This document shows, in pieces, positions 14,011 to 26,172 of a stretch of DNA of 64,000 bases. Positions within the stretch are counted from its first letter, which is position 1. Each line of letters starts with the position of its first letter. The stretch is from Strigamia acuminata. Lineage: Eukaryota. The stretch spans positions 11,594,001 through 11,658,000 of the forward strand of contig OX442314.1 in the NCBI GenBank assembly GCA_949358305.1, in the 5' to 3' direction. Both the position numbers and the translations under genes were made by a program. The notes beneath the pieces were generated by a model that worked only from the letters and a program-made list of their open reading frames with translations, was not told the DNA's origin and ran no database searches.

Positions 14011-17000
14011 CCCGCGTTGTAAAGAATACCGCGTTCAATTAGCATCCCGCGTTCATTGAGAGCATTTACAGTAAGTCGTTTATCTGTTTAAAAATAACCC
14101 TTCATCTAACGTTTTAGTTGTATTGTGTTGTTCTGGTTATATGAATTTTAATGTTTTCTATAAGCAACAAAAAATACAAGACCAAAACATGCCAAACTAT
14201 GAATGTGCGTGAGATTATTTCGTTCTTAACGTTTACGCGTAAATGGCAATTAAAATTCCTCCATTTTCACCCAATCAATGAATTATGGCCCACTTGTTTC
14301 AACACAATTATACTTTTACTCACGTATTTTTGGTGGTAAATGCTTCACCTGTAAGAATTACACACCAATTCATCTAACATATTTGGTTGTAAAATCAAAA
14401 CCAGGTTACGTAAACCATCAGAATAACCACTCTAGTGGTTGTTTCTGTTCCCAAAAACACAAAAACTTTAAACCTTCCACAAAATCACACATTTCTAAAC
14501 GATTTCTCCAAGTAGACTTCACGATCTTGGACAAGGAATCCACACTGCCAAGTTACTTTCCTAAAACTTCAACACTGGCCCGAAATTCTCACCACATAAA
14601 ACACTAAAGCAGTCCCATAAAATAAAATCGAATTAAAAGAAAAAAAACGAAAAAAAAAAACAGAAAAGAGCAGCACTGGTCACTGAATCAATTGAATTTA
14701 AAAGAAATATAAGGTCGACATCCGCCAGGGGTTCTGAATCTCCATTCCCAACGGCGAACCTTAAACTAGACGCCTTAAGTGCTTTCTCTTATTCACTTTC
14801 GACCATGGGTCCACGAGGGGGGAATTCAGCAGGCCTTTAACGCCTTTTTTTTTCTCTCCAAACTTACACTCCCCATGTTGGCCGGAGATGGGCATTGGCC
14901 ATCGACCGTCATCGGTCATCGGGGCGAGACGGCAGCTCCTTTGGGAGAGATATTACCCGAGCCAACTCAGCGGTATTTGGACTGAGCCAATGGCCACTTA
15001 CAAGCACTGTCCATTTATCATTCCTCCAGATCAGCTCCCAATTTTTCTTCCCAACCCGATAAACTCTTATTTTTTCCCAAGAGAAATTTCTCTTAAAAAT
15101 CATTCCAAACACTAAATATGTATAAACTATAGAGTCTATCGTATGCACACAGGGTCCATTAAAGAGCAAAATCTTTAATTATGCAGTTTTACCCATTCCC
15201 TTTAGAGACTTAAATTTTTGAATACACTGCCCATATTTTGTGTAAGCTAAGTGGTTGTAAGACATTTGCTATTTATCTTAGGCTCCCTGTAGGATTTTTT
15301 TCATATTTTTTCTTTGGTTTTCTCCTTCTTTTCTTGGATGAGCGTGTGCTTGGCTGCAAGCAAGTCTTTGCTTGGCCACGCGATGGGGATAGAAGGGGTT
15401 TAAAGTGAGAGCCATTCACCACCAGACGCCGGCATTCATCAAGGTGAAGAAAGAAATTAGCTCGAGCGAGTTGGGAGGCGTGTTTCTCACTGCACGCTTC
15501 TTTTGTCTCTGTGTACGCCCTTAAGAAGACGGGAGAAAATAAAAAATAAATGCTGAAAAAAGCCAAAAGAAACGTCGAAGAATGAGCATCTGCATATATA
15601 CTGTCCTTCTTTATGTAAATAGGTGGAGGAGGAGTTTGTGATAGCCAACAAACATTTGTCATTAGTTGAAAAAAGCGTTTTATTCCAGCAAGCAGTAAAC
15701 ATCCTTTATCAAAAATGGCAGTTATGTTGTGTTGTGTGCTGCAGACTGCAGGTGAGGAGTGGGTCAGTGGTGTAAGTGGCCGTTTAAACATCAAGCAGTC
15801 GGTGCACGAATGTGTGTCAATGACATTCAAGCCCTTGTTGGTTGCAGGACATCAGCGCCCACTCCAACCAGGATTATGAACTGTTGCTGGATGCTGACCG
15901 GCATTTTGATTGAGAAGGGGGACGAACCAATGAGACGTTTTTCCCCGTCCGTCATTAATTATCGTGTAAATATAAACCTTATTAAGGCGCTTCGAATTAA
16001 CCTGCACTTTGCAACGACCCTGAAATAAATATTGCACGTTTAATTCGACAAAATATTTGTGTAGAACACTTAAATATGTTTTGTCGATGTTTGGGATTTA
16101 TTATTTCGATTTTGAGCGATGAATTCGCCATTTGTATAGGCGGAGCTAATCAATTGAGTCGTTAAAAGAGCGCGCTTATATGTGCGGTTTCTCACGGGTC
16201 CAGGTGAATGAGTGTGTGTGCCTCATTAGCTCACTCGCGGTTTCTCTCTCTTGTCTCCGGCCACGAGGTATCGGACTCACCGGAACGGGGTTCCGGGTAA
16301 GCGCGTGCTCAGTGGCGCGTTGTGCGAGCACTCCCGAGAGATGAATGCGGTCCGCGGCCGTGCAACGCTCGCCGCTCGTTTCAGGCAAAAGGGCAGAAAC
16401 CAAAAACTCCGCCATGACTGAAAACACTCATCAAACCGTGAAGCAAAATGTCTGCCATAAACCAACTCACCCCGTTCGCAAAACAAAACACGTGTGCTAA
16501 AACCAAGAACAAAAAAATAGAAAAAGAAATAATAAAAAACCACACACACGTAATAAAAAAAAATCGGCTCTTTTCTTCGTTCAACCCTCCCCTTGTTTTT
16601 GTCAGCAACGGCAACTGGCATGAGCACAAGCTGCTTTGCTTCCCGCTCAAGATGGAGGCCGACTGCCATCATCACCATCGCCATCATCTCGCGTCATTCA
16701 CACGTCATACGGATGACGGAGGAGAAGAGAATGGCCACCGCCGCCGCCACCTTTGCTCGGATGAAGGCAAAAATATTGCACACACGGCTAATTTATTGGC
16801 CGGCTAAAGGGAAGAAAAAAAGCAAATCTCACAGAGACTGCCATAAATAAGGTCCCTTCAGCCACCCCTATACTACACCCTTGCAGCCCACGGTGGCATG
16901 AAAAAAAAGCCTTTTCCCCCTTCCCTACAACCCCCTTTTTCCAATCCACCCCTTCACCGACATGGAGTCGGGCAGCACCAAAACTGCTGGATATTTCGTA

Positions 17001-20000
17001 GACACGAGTGACTCATTCGGCCCTTTTTAACTCCTTTTATCCAAGTGGACAGAATGATAAATAAAACAATAAGTCAAGCTGGTCAGTGTCCATTTGCTCC
17101 AAAAATATATTATAATGCATTCACAAAATGTATTATCATTTGCAAACCAATCGCACGCAAAAATGTATTACAAAATGCATGCATATATATTTTCAACGTA
17201 TTTTTCAAGCGTAATGCGGAGGAAACACACAATTAAAACAAACGTGAGGTGGAAATGAAGGTGGTGAGGTATAAAATAAATCAAGAAATGCTAATAAACT
17301 AATGTTTACTATTTTTTTTATTCGTAAAAAGGGTTGAGGGTGAATTGTGTAAGATATATGGACCAGAGAAAAGATAAAATAAAAAAAAGAGAGAGGGCTA
17401 TTAGTGTTTCTATGTTGAAAACAAAATTTCCCTTGCAGATATACTTGAAATCGTGTATGTATACCTTTGTTTTCCCCCTCTATCCATTTATAAAATGCAA
17501 TGCAATATATTTCCAGATGAAATTCCAAACTTTTGTTGTTTTTTTTTCCTTCTTAAAAATAAAATTTTTTAAAAATTTAAAAAAAATAAAAAAAAAATTT
17601 AAAAATAAAAATTAAAAAAAAAAAAAAAAAATAATCAAATGAGAATTACACACGAATTAGAAGTGAAACCTCAAGAGAAGTAAAAAAAAAATCCCCATTT
17701 TTCGACTCACTTTATATTTTAGAGAGAGGAGGGTTCGTTTTCTCCTCCCCCATGCCGCCATAACGACTGCCACCATGACAGCCACCCCTTTCCCTAGGTA
17801 ATAAAAAATATTGATGGTGCATTACGTCATAATTCCAAACAGTCTACTGATACGGTCCACACATTCCCAACAAACCCCGCGAAATAAAATAATAAAAATC
17901 AAAAAAATTTTAACCCAAAAAAAAAACCAAAAAAAAAAAAAAAACCAAAATCGGACCCAGAGAGAGAGCAAAAGGAAAAAGCCGATTCGAGCCGAACGAG
18001 CGAACGGAAAACACAGAAAACGCCAGCTGCGTTCGAGCCATAACTAGAGAAAGGCTTGTCGCCTACTCACCGCTGTCTGGACTGGTCTAGAGAGGGTTAA
18101 TCATCACCTTGGCCACGGTCAAAGCCACCGACAGGTCCTTCACCTGGCGCACACACGGATACAACGGTCAGGGAGCTGGTCGCGCACTAGACGGAGCAAA
18201 AACGAGGTGCCCATCTGAGAGCGAGCTTTGTTTTTGCAAGGCTTCTCTCAACCCGTCCCCACAACCCGGCGGGTACCGTCAACCCGGGATCCGGTGAGCG
18301 ACCCTCAGACCCTTTGTTCCCAGGTTTTTTCACCTCCTTTTTTTTTCTTCTTTTTTTGTCAAGCCTCTCCTCTTCTCTCCCTACCCCTACCCTATTGAGA
18401 ATCGGGGAGCTTGCTTTGTGCCAACTCAACACATTTAGCCCGTCGCGAGAAAGAAATTCACACCCAGATGTACATCTCTCCAATTATCACAAATATTCAT
18501 TTCGTAATCAAATATCGCGATGTTTTCGGGTGGAAATCGGCGTGGCTCGCTCTCTGGTGTGGAAAACCTGACGTAATGTCGTCGTCTAAGGTTTTTTCGT
18601 CAAAGGGGGCACGAGGAAAGAAAGGGGGGTTGTTTTCAGTCCCCAATGTGCCCGTCAGGTCCGGCCAAAGCAGGTTCAGGGCCCGGCTTCAATGGGAATC
18701 TCGGATGCTATGAGAAAATCCTGACCTACTTATTCTACACTATAAATGAGGATGAAAAACCCGCTTGAGTGTGTCAAGAGTGGAGAGAAAAAAAATTGGG
18801 AAAAAAGGGAGAAGAATAGGGGTAAAAAGTGAGGGAAAAAATGTTACGTACCAATCTCGATTTCCCACAAAGGATGTTGCGAATTTACTACGTCACAGAT
18901 GCTGCGTTTCGATTCGAGTCGTTCTGGAGTTAAGAGTTTGGTTGTGGTTGTCCGGTGGAAATATGCTGGAACTGGGTGTTTAACGACTGTAAAAAAAGGA
19001 TTAAATGTAAATTAATAAAGTGTCGGTGGTAATAACACAAATATTTAAGTTTTGCTTTTAATTTTTTAAACGGAAATGCATTTCAATCAAAGGATTAAAA
19101 GACATTTGTGATTTCAAGTGTGTGCGAGTTAAATAATGGAAGAAATCGGATGTTTCCTGCTGAATGAATGACATTTACATTTTTGTTTCTGTTTTTAAAT
19201 GGTTTTTTAAACGTTTTTTAAACGTTTATCAAATTTTTATTTCCCAAAAAAAAACATCTTAGTATCTCTCTTTATTTATTTACAAATTAAAATGATTAAA
19301 ACCTTTACAAAACAATGTTAAAAAATAGATAATTAACTGCCACTACATGATAATAATTTTCCTTGTAATGTAGTTAAGAAATCTACAAATTTCTCAACAA
19401 AACAAATCCCAATGGCAAATTACAAATTTACTATATATCAAATATAACTTAATACTATTAACCCACATAAATAATCAAGGACTGACATTATCCTTCATTT
19501 TCTGCTCTATACCATCTCCAAACCCCACAAACCACAATTAATTGATACCTCCAGGACTTTTATAAAGATAAACAACTTCCTCTTATCGCCATCGAGACAC
19601 ATCCAAGGCTACAATTTAAGTTCGCACCCATTCTACAACTCATTCAACAAAAAAAAGAAAAAAAAATTTCAACAAAAAAAAATTCCACTCAAACTCTCAT
19701 TCCCTGCGAGCTAAGTTTCTTTCCATTCATCTATGATGTGGGCTTAACCTATTTTTTTTAATAGACAGTCTCAAAAGAACCCGAGGATGCTTCTGTAACG
19801 AAAGAGAAGAAAAACTTGCCCTTCAGGGTGAAACGTGTTGGATGAAGTGCACAAGACGGGGCCTCCTTCGAATCTCAGGATTCACGCTTGTTATGTAGTA
19901 ATTAGGCTACTTAACCTTGAAGTTCCACTCCACTGAAACTCCCATTATAATGACACAAATTAGTGTCCATCTTGGATTCTTAAGTCAAAAAAAATAATAC

Positions 20001-23000
20001 AATATAATACTTTTATTTTAAATGCGTTTATAACTTTTTAAAAATTGTATTGATAGTTTTAATGACATTTACAACACGCGATGTTCATACTCCAAAGGCC
20101 TTTCGACCGTTGCCGGTCATCTTTGAAGTGTTCGTTGTAGCTTTGGAAGTTGAGAGCGAATTAATGTGCGACTGTCATTGTTTGATACTGCTACGTGGCT
20201 CGGGGGATGAGCGAACCAAGTAGACAAATTAATCAGAATGACTCGGTCTTAAAATATAAACTGATGTTCTTTATTTAATAATCAGATCGGACATCTAATT
20301 CGTAGAATTCAGATGTCTGGTTTAAGGTTAACTTTTACATAAGATAAATTACATGTTTCTATTAACTAAAAGACAATAATAAACTAAATGAAGTATGGAT
20401 AACACTTATCCGCGTAACAATATGGTAAGAAAAGTGACTTTATTACAGGTTGACATGTAGTTGGCGCCGAGATGGTCAGCTTCACAATATATAACAATGA
20501 TCAAGAATGACCAATGGAATGCGAAACACTCCAATCTTCAGTAGTTAATAAAATATTTATTAATTTTTTAATTGTTTAATATTTTTAATTTTTTTTAATT
20601 TTTTAATTTTCTAATTTTCTAATTTTTATTTTAAAAATGTCGTCAACAAATTATATCGTGTCACATTTGATTTGCTTTTCCTTTTCATTTCACTTTTTCT
20701 TCACCTTGCAATAAACCAAGTAGTAAAAAAATTCCCCTCCGGAAATAAGTTGATTGTAATTTAATGCGGAAACTATTACATAAACCGGCGAAAGAAGAAG
20801 AAATAACACCGATTTCGAGTAAAGAAAGCGAGATAAACGAGTTTATGGTATTAACGTATATTATAATAAGAGTAGTAAAATTATTATTTCCCTTTTTTGT
20901 GCGCGATGAAAAAAAGAAATGCAAGAAGCGGAAAAAAAGTACACCTCGTAAAAAGTATGCACTAAGGGAGTGAACTAGGCTTCCATCTGGTTTGCTTTCA
21001 TTCACACAAATTAGTCTGTCTGCGACACGAATGGGGAGAGAACGGAGCGAGGGGGTTGAGTTGAAGAGAAAAAAAGGGTAGGGGACTCGTACACTGCTCC
21101 CTCGGAGGAGGGAGACGCGCGAGACGCGTCTCAGACAGCCTCAGCCAGACACAACTCGAGTTGACGCCGCTGCCAACTGCGACTTTTTCCACAAAACATT
21201 AATTACTATCAACTGTTTCATAAATCCGTCTCGTGTGCACATGTGGCCGCCATCTTGGATGTCAACCAATCCCACGACGACGGGATGCTGCGCGTCTCGC
21301 CATCTCGGTCCACGGGTGGAGAAGAGAAGTGGAGTCTTATTCTTTTTATGTGTGTATATAATAAAAGGATTTTTCAATGAAATGTGTCTATATCATCGAG
21401 TGAAATCAGGCGCAGTCGCTATCGTCGTGCCGCCTGAGTAGCGCTTAGCGCCGGCATAAAGAGCGACCGCCCGTGATTGATGATAGGCCTATCGCTGCCA
21501 TTGGTTATTATTTGGAGCGAAAGGAATGCGGCGCAGGCGCGCTAGGGGGGAAAGAGTAGAAGAGGAGGGGACTTGAACGTTGAAACGCGCGCGCCGCGTG
21601 GCAGGCAACGCGCGCATGGACGCCAGGGCAACGCGGACAGGCCAACTCATCACCTGGACGGCCGTCGACGGGGAAAGAAAGGAGTGGTGAAGGGGTGAAT
21701 GTAGGGGTTCCCTTCTAGGGTTCCCCCTTCATCCCGTCCATTTCAAAACCCTCTTTCCCCCTTTTTTCTTCTTCGTCTTCAAAACGTCGCGAATTCCCCC
21801 CAATGTCTGGTTGAAATTTTTTTTTTTTTTTCTGTGGGAAATTATTTATTTTTATTTCATTTTTTTGAAAGTGTTTTGGTGAGGGAATAAAAATTGAAGT
21901 TAATTATAAGAATTTGTTTTAGTGCGTTAATTAGTCGTGTTTTGTCGTTCTGTGATTGATAAGTGCTTGAATGAGTTTGGAAAGTTGTTTTATATTTGTT
22001 TTTATTTGTGGAGTGGAGAGAAAATAAAAGAAATGAATAGAGAGAATGGAAAAATGAATGCAATGATAATGGGGGACTAATTGAATTTCGAGGAGGAAAA
22101 AAATAGAAGCTTAAGTTGATTTCCTCAATGTCTGATTAAATCAGAGAATGGAATTTTCGGAGGCAAATGTGATTATTTAAAAGAGAGGAAATTGACAAGG
22201 CGTTTTTAATGCATGATTACCTTTAGAGAAACAAGTCTCTTCCTGTTCGCAAAATTAATTAGGCCTACTTAAACAATTTAGTAAACTAAATGGGAAATGG
22301 AAAAAAACCTGTTTTTTTGCTAAAAAAAAAAGAAGAAAAAATAAACTTTATTTCTGTAAGAACTTTTGTTTTGGTTCTTTGAAAATCAAATGATGGAGTT
22401 TTTGGGAGCAGCAAGGTGGAATATGTTTGTCTCTAGTGGTATGTTAAGAAAATTGACTGCAGATGACGCTAGCAAACGGTAGAGATAGATGAAATATGAG
22501 TTGACAGATTTTACCAATAGGTGGCAACATCCTGCAGAGCCTTATCACGTGATAAGTCTACATTTTGCCACAAGATGGCACCATTTGATGTGCAGAAGAG
22601 ACTTTTTGCCAGCTTCGTGATTGGTTGATAAATTTTAGATCAGAACTAGTCCGAGCTACAGTCCCCTACTCACGAACGAGTTCCGTTCCCAGTAAGCGTT
22701 CACAAATCGAATTGTTCAGCAAAGGTGTTGTTAATTGTTAATCCTAATTAAAGAAAACGTTTTTAATCTTATTTTTATGGGTCAGAAATCAAGAAAGGTG
22801 TATAAAAAACAATTTTTTTAATATTGCTTTGAAAAGTCGAAACTTGACATACAGTGCTAGACACGTGAACTAACTTATGCACTGGCGCAAAATTTGAAGT
22901 TTGTATCTCTGAAAGTTCGTAACTCGAATGTTCGTATGTAGGGGAGCTACTGCGCATGAACTGTTGGGGATGCGTACCTGCCACCACAGGTAATCACTCA

Positions 23001-23306
23001 GTCAGATTCAATATTACAGACATCTTCTAATAGTGGCAAAATAAGGTGGACGTTTGGAAAGATAGTCTCCTAATACAGGTGGTCACTGTGTGTTATACTG
23101 TATAGAATTAGGAGGAGCCTTGTTATAACATTATTTGTTGTAAAACCTCGAAAAATAGCTAATTTCACTCATTTTTAACCTAAGTTCACTAGATTGCTAA
23201 TTTAACTTAGGGACTGTTCTTAAATTACGTAACGCAAATTTTGGGAATTTTATAGACGCCTTCCCTTGTAGACCCATAGAAAAAAAAAACTTCCCTTAAA
23301 TACAGT

Positions 23307-23441
23307 AACTGCATTCAAAAATAAAAATAACAATTTTAGTTTAAGTGAATTTTAAGTCTTAAGATCAGTTTAAACAAGAAATGATGTCATTTTTGATTTA
23401 AATTGAAGTAAAACAAAACATTTTAGTTTTTGAATGCAGCT
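23307..23441. mobile_element. Short MITE with (A)GCTGCATTCAAAAA TIRs; further copies at ~32105-32239 and 32671-32959
   Basis: Terminal inverted repeats ctgcattcaaaaa / tttttgaatgcag. The copy at 32671-32959 is flanked by an ACT duplication relative to the empty site at ~23160-23180. Confidence 0.7.
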
Positions 23442-23977
23442 AATACTGCCGTATTCGACGAGTGTACATGGCCATAACAAAAGCCCCCCCCCCCCCCCAC
23501 CCACCCCCAAAGAAAATTACATAATTAAACTAAAAACACCTCCTCGCCCAATTCAAAAATCATAATACAATGTGCATATTTTTTTAAATATTAAAATATT
23601 TACATTTTTTTCATGTTACATAACATTATTGAATAGTAGTATAAAAATAATAGAGAAATGAATTTTTTGGCGAAAAATGATGTTTTTTTTCTGTGATCAG
23701 GCACAGATGCCATCTGGCAATTATGCTATCAGCTGTAAAAATTAATTAAATAATTGACTAATTAATTAAGCTAATACCATATAAATAAACATCCATAAAT
23801 ACATTTTTATTTTCTCTTACCAAACCCAACCCACTTTGCATTGTGTCAACTTCCTATTGGTGATTGATCAAGAAATATTCAAAAAAGTTTGTAAGCTTAC
23901 AATGTATGCGTTTACACATTAGTCATTCAAAAATTGAATTTCGCAAAAATACCGTCGATTCATTCCAGTTTTCTAAC

Positions 23978-24128
23978 ATGTTGCTGTACACATTTTCGCA
24001 GCTATTGCTATTGCGTCCTCAATAACTACAGCAAAGGTAAACTAAATGTGTTTTTCAACTTTTAAACTGTAAAAACTAAAATACCTACACATAATATACT
24101 TTTATTTTAGAAGTGCTTCGATGAAGAG
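23978..24128 (+). pseudogene. Frameshifted, 3'-truncated duplicate of the secreted-peptide gene at 33279-33725
   Basis: Same exon 1, intron and start of exon 2, but reads ctgtacACattttc (2-nt insertion). Homology stops inside exon 2 after gatgaaga. Confidence 0.6.
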
Positions 24129-25450
24129 CATTTGCTCACATTTTGGGAGGTGTCGTCGATCTAACTTTCAATGCGGCCATTTTGAATTTGGTCGTAAGAA
24201 GCAAATCCCGGCATAAACCGAATCATAAACCACTCCAGTCGTGGTTTTGGTGTTGCATTGTTTGGTGATGGGTGTTGGCTGTTTTTGATGTCATTCCGTT
24301 TATAGAAACGGTAAAAAACGTAAAAACCGAATCTTTGAACGTGCCCATTGTTTCAATTTCACAATTGCTAAGTAGATAACTCACTCATTCAACTCACCAG
24401 CAGAAAACAGACGCACTGAATAAAAAACTTGCACACTGCGAAAAAGAGATACGTGGCAACGGAAATGTTCATAATTTAAAAATTGTATGTGTGTTTTCTC
24501 TAATGTTGTTTTTTTAAAATTTCTAGCTTAAGACATATTAGTACTTCGATTGCCTTCAAAAACAGTGTCCAGAGATGAAAACAATTCGTACTAACTTCAA
24601 AAATGCAGAAAATGAAATTTGCTAATTAATGAGTTATGAAAAAATTATTAAATCATTAAGTATAATGGACTGTAACCAATATCCATTGCAAAGCAATTAA
24701 AATATAAAAAATATAAAAAATAAAAATGAATTGAGTGTCGTGTTCTCGTGTTCTGAATGATCACCTGACCAGGTGACTTCACACAGCCTTGAGGGGGTGC
24801 CGTAAGAACGGCGAATCATCAAAGGGCGAATCTCGCCATGGTTATTAATGCCAAAAAAAATTTTTTTTGGGCAAAAAAATTTCCAATGGCGAATTGGTGC
24901 CGTTCCAATAGCGAATCGCCCAATGGTGAATCGTGCCATTAGGATTGATGGCCCAAGTAGGTTTCCTATGGCAAATTTTTGGCGATAACGCAACGGCTAA
25001 CCACGCAATAACGCAACAACGGTGAGCAACACAATAACGCCAATAATACATGCTAGCAAAAACATAACAATACGATAAAGAAGAAGAAATTGATAACGAG
25101 TATGAGTAAACTATATGCAATACTGTTACAAATTACAACATATTTTATTTTTAATTTGTTTTTAGTTTTTCAGGACCAGACAAACTGAGAGAGACTGGCA
25201 GTCGCTCACAGTCGCCGACTGCCACAGCACATGGAGGACTTTGAATGGAATATATGAATTTTAACCTGTTTGTGAGTGTTCGGACGGACGCCACGTGGCC
25301 AGGAGAGGGCCACGAGGCAACAGGATTTGAACCTGTGTGGAAAGATTCCTAGTCCACTGAGCCACCACTACAAACTATTGTAACCTTCATGCAGGCAGTC
25401 ATGTTGGTGAACAAAGTTGTGATGTCATATGTCATGTGATATCAAATTAC

Positions 25451-26109
25451 TGATGTAATTTGGTTCACCGTTGTGCATGACAAATGCATTTTTTTTAGGC
25501 GAAGTGTATTTGTACGTAGTGTGTCATTCCATTCGTATGGCGGCGCCACATGTTCTTCACATTGGTATATAAGATTTGTCCTGTGTGTGGTTTCATGTGC
25601 CGTCGTTTTACCATGAGGAATGATCATGTGTTTTTCTTTTTCTTTATTGGTTTGTATTAATAGCATAAAATGCAAAGTTATGTAAATTACATACATACAG
25701 GAAATAAATCTGGGTCATTTTTGTTTAAAAGTTAAACTGTGTGGATGTTGTGTTTGTGCTCTCTCTAAACACCATTATTTTAGATACATACAACTGAGGA
25801 CATACAGACATTTTTGCCAGGACTAGATTCCCAACTTCACCATGAATACTAATGAGTTTATTAGTATTCAGTCTCTTTTCAACTAGGCCTATACAACATT
25901 GCATTAGGACTTTTTCAACGGTGCAACAATTGATTACAGTGAGTTAATATATATGAACAGTTTATTTATTTTCGACTTTCTTTTGAAATTGAATTCACGT
26001 GCATTGACCGAATTGACGTGCGACAACTATCGTGTGTACCGTCGAGTTGTGTTACGGGAAATAACACCTACATGGCCATTCAACAAGGATTCCATATTGT
26101 GGTATAACA
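25451..26109 (+). repeat. 5' LTR of Copia 1
   Basis: tgatgtaatt...ggtataaca. No differences from 30611-31269 were seen by eye. Confidence 0.97.
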
Positions 26110-26110
26110 T

Positions 26111-26130
26111 TGGTAGCAGCGGGATGGTTT
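26111..26130 (+). promoter_or_regulatory. Primer-binding site (tRNA-iMet, imperfect)
   Basis: TGGTAGCAGCGGGATGGTTT versus TGGTAGCAGAGGATGGTTT, the complement of the initiator tRNA-Met 3' end. It lies 1 nt after the LTR. Confidence 0.88.
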
Positions 26131-26172
26131 TAGGCCCATTTATTCATTGAATGACAACGTGGAATTACAACA

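Larger units (their letters stand above)
22998..24128 (+). repeat. Copy A of a local direct duplication (copy B at 31521-33426)
   Basis: Near-identical text at an offset of ~8.8 kb. For example, 23061-23856 matches 31859-32654, and 23703-24128 matches ~33000-33426. Confidence 0.92.

Noticed and set aside
14316..14440. Inverted similarity to ~60317-60375 as ends of a giant element
   Set aside because: The match is short and diverged with no TSD. Dispersed old repeat fragments explain it better.
25442..26150. Duplicated short ORFs in LTRs (also 30581-31319, 41443-41927, 47781-48271)
   Set aside because: They are identical only because the LTRs are identical, and they have no coding features.
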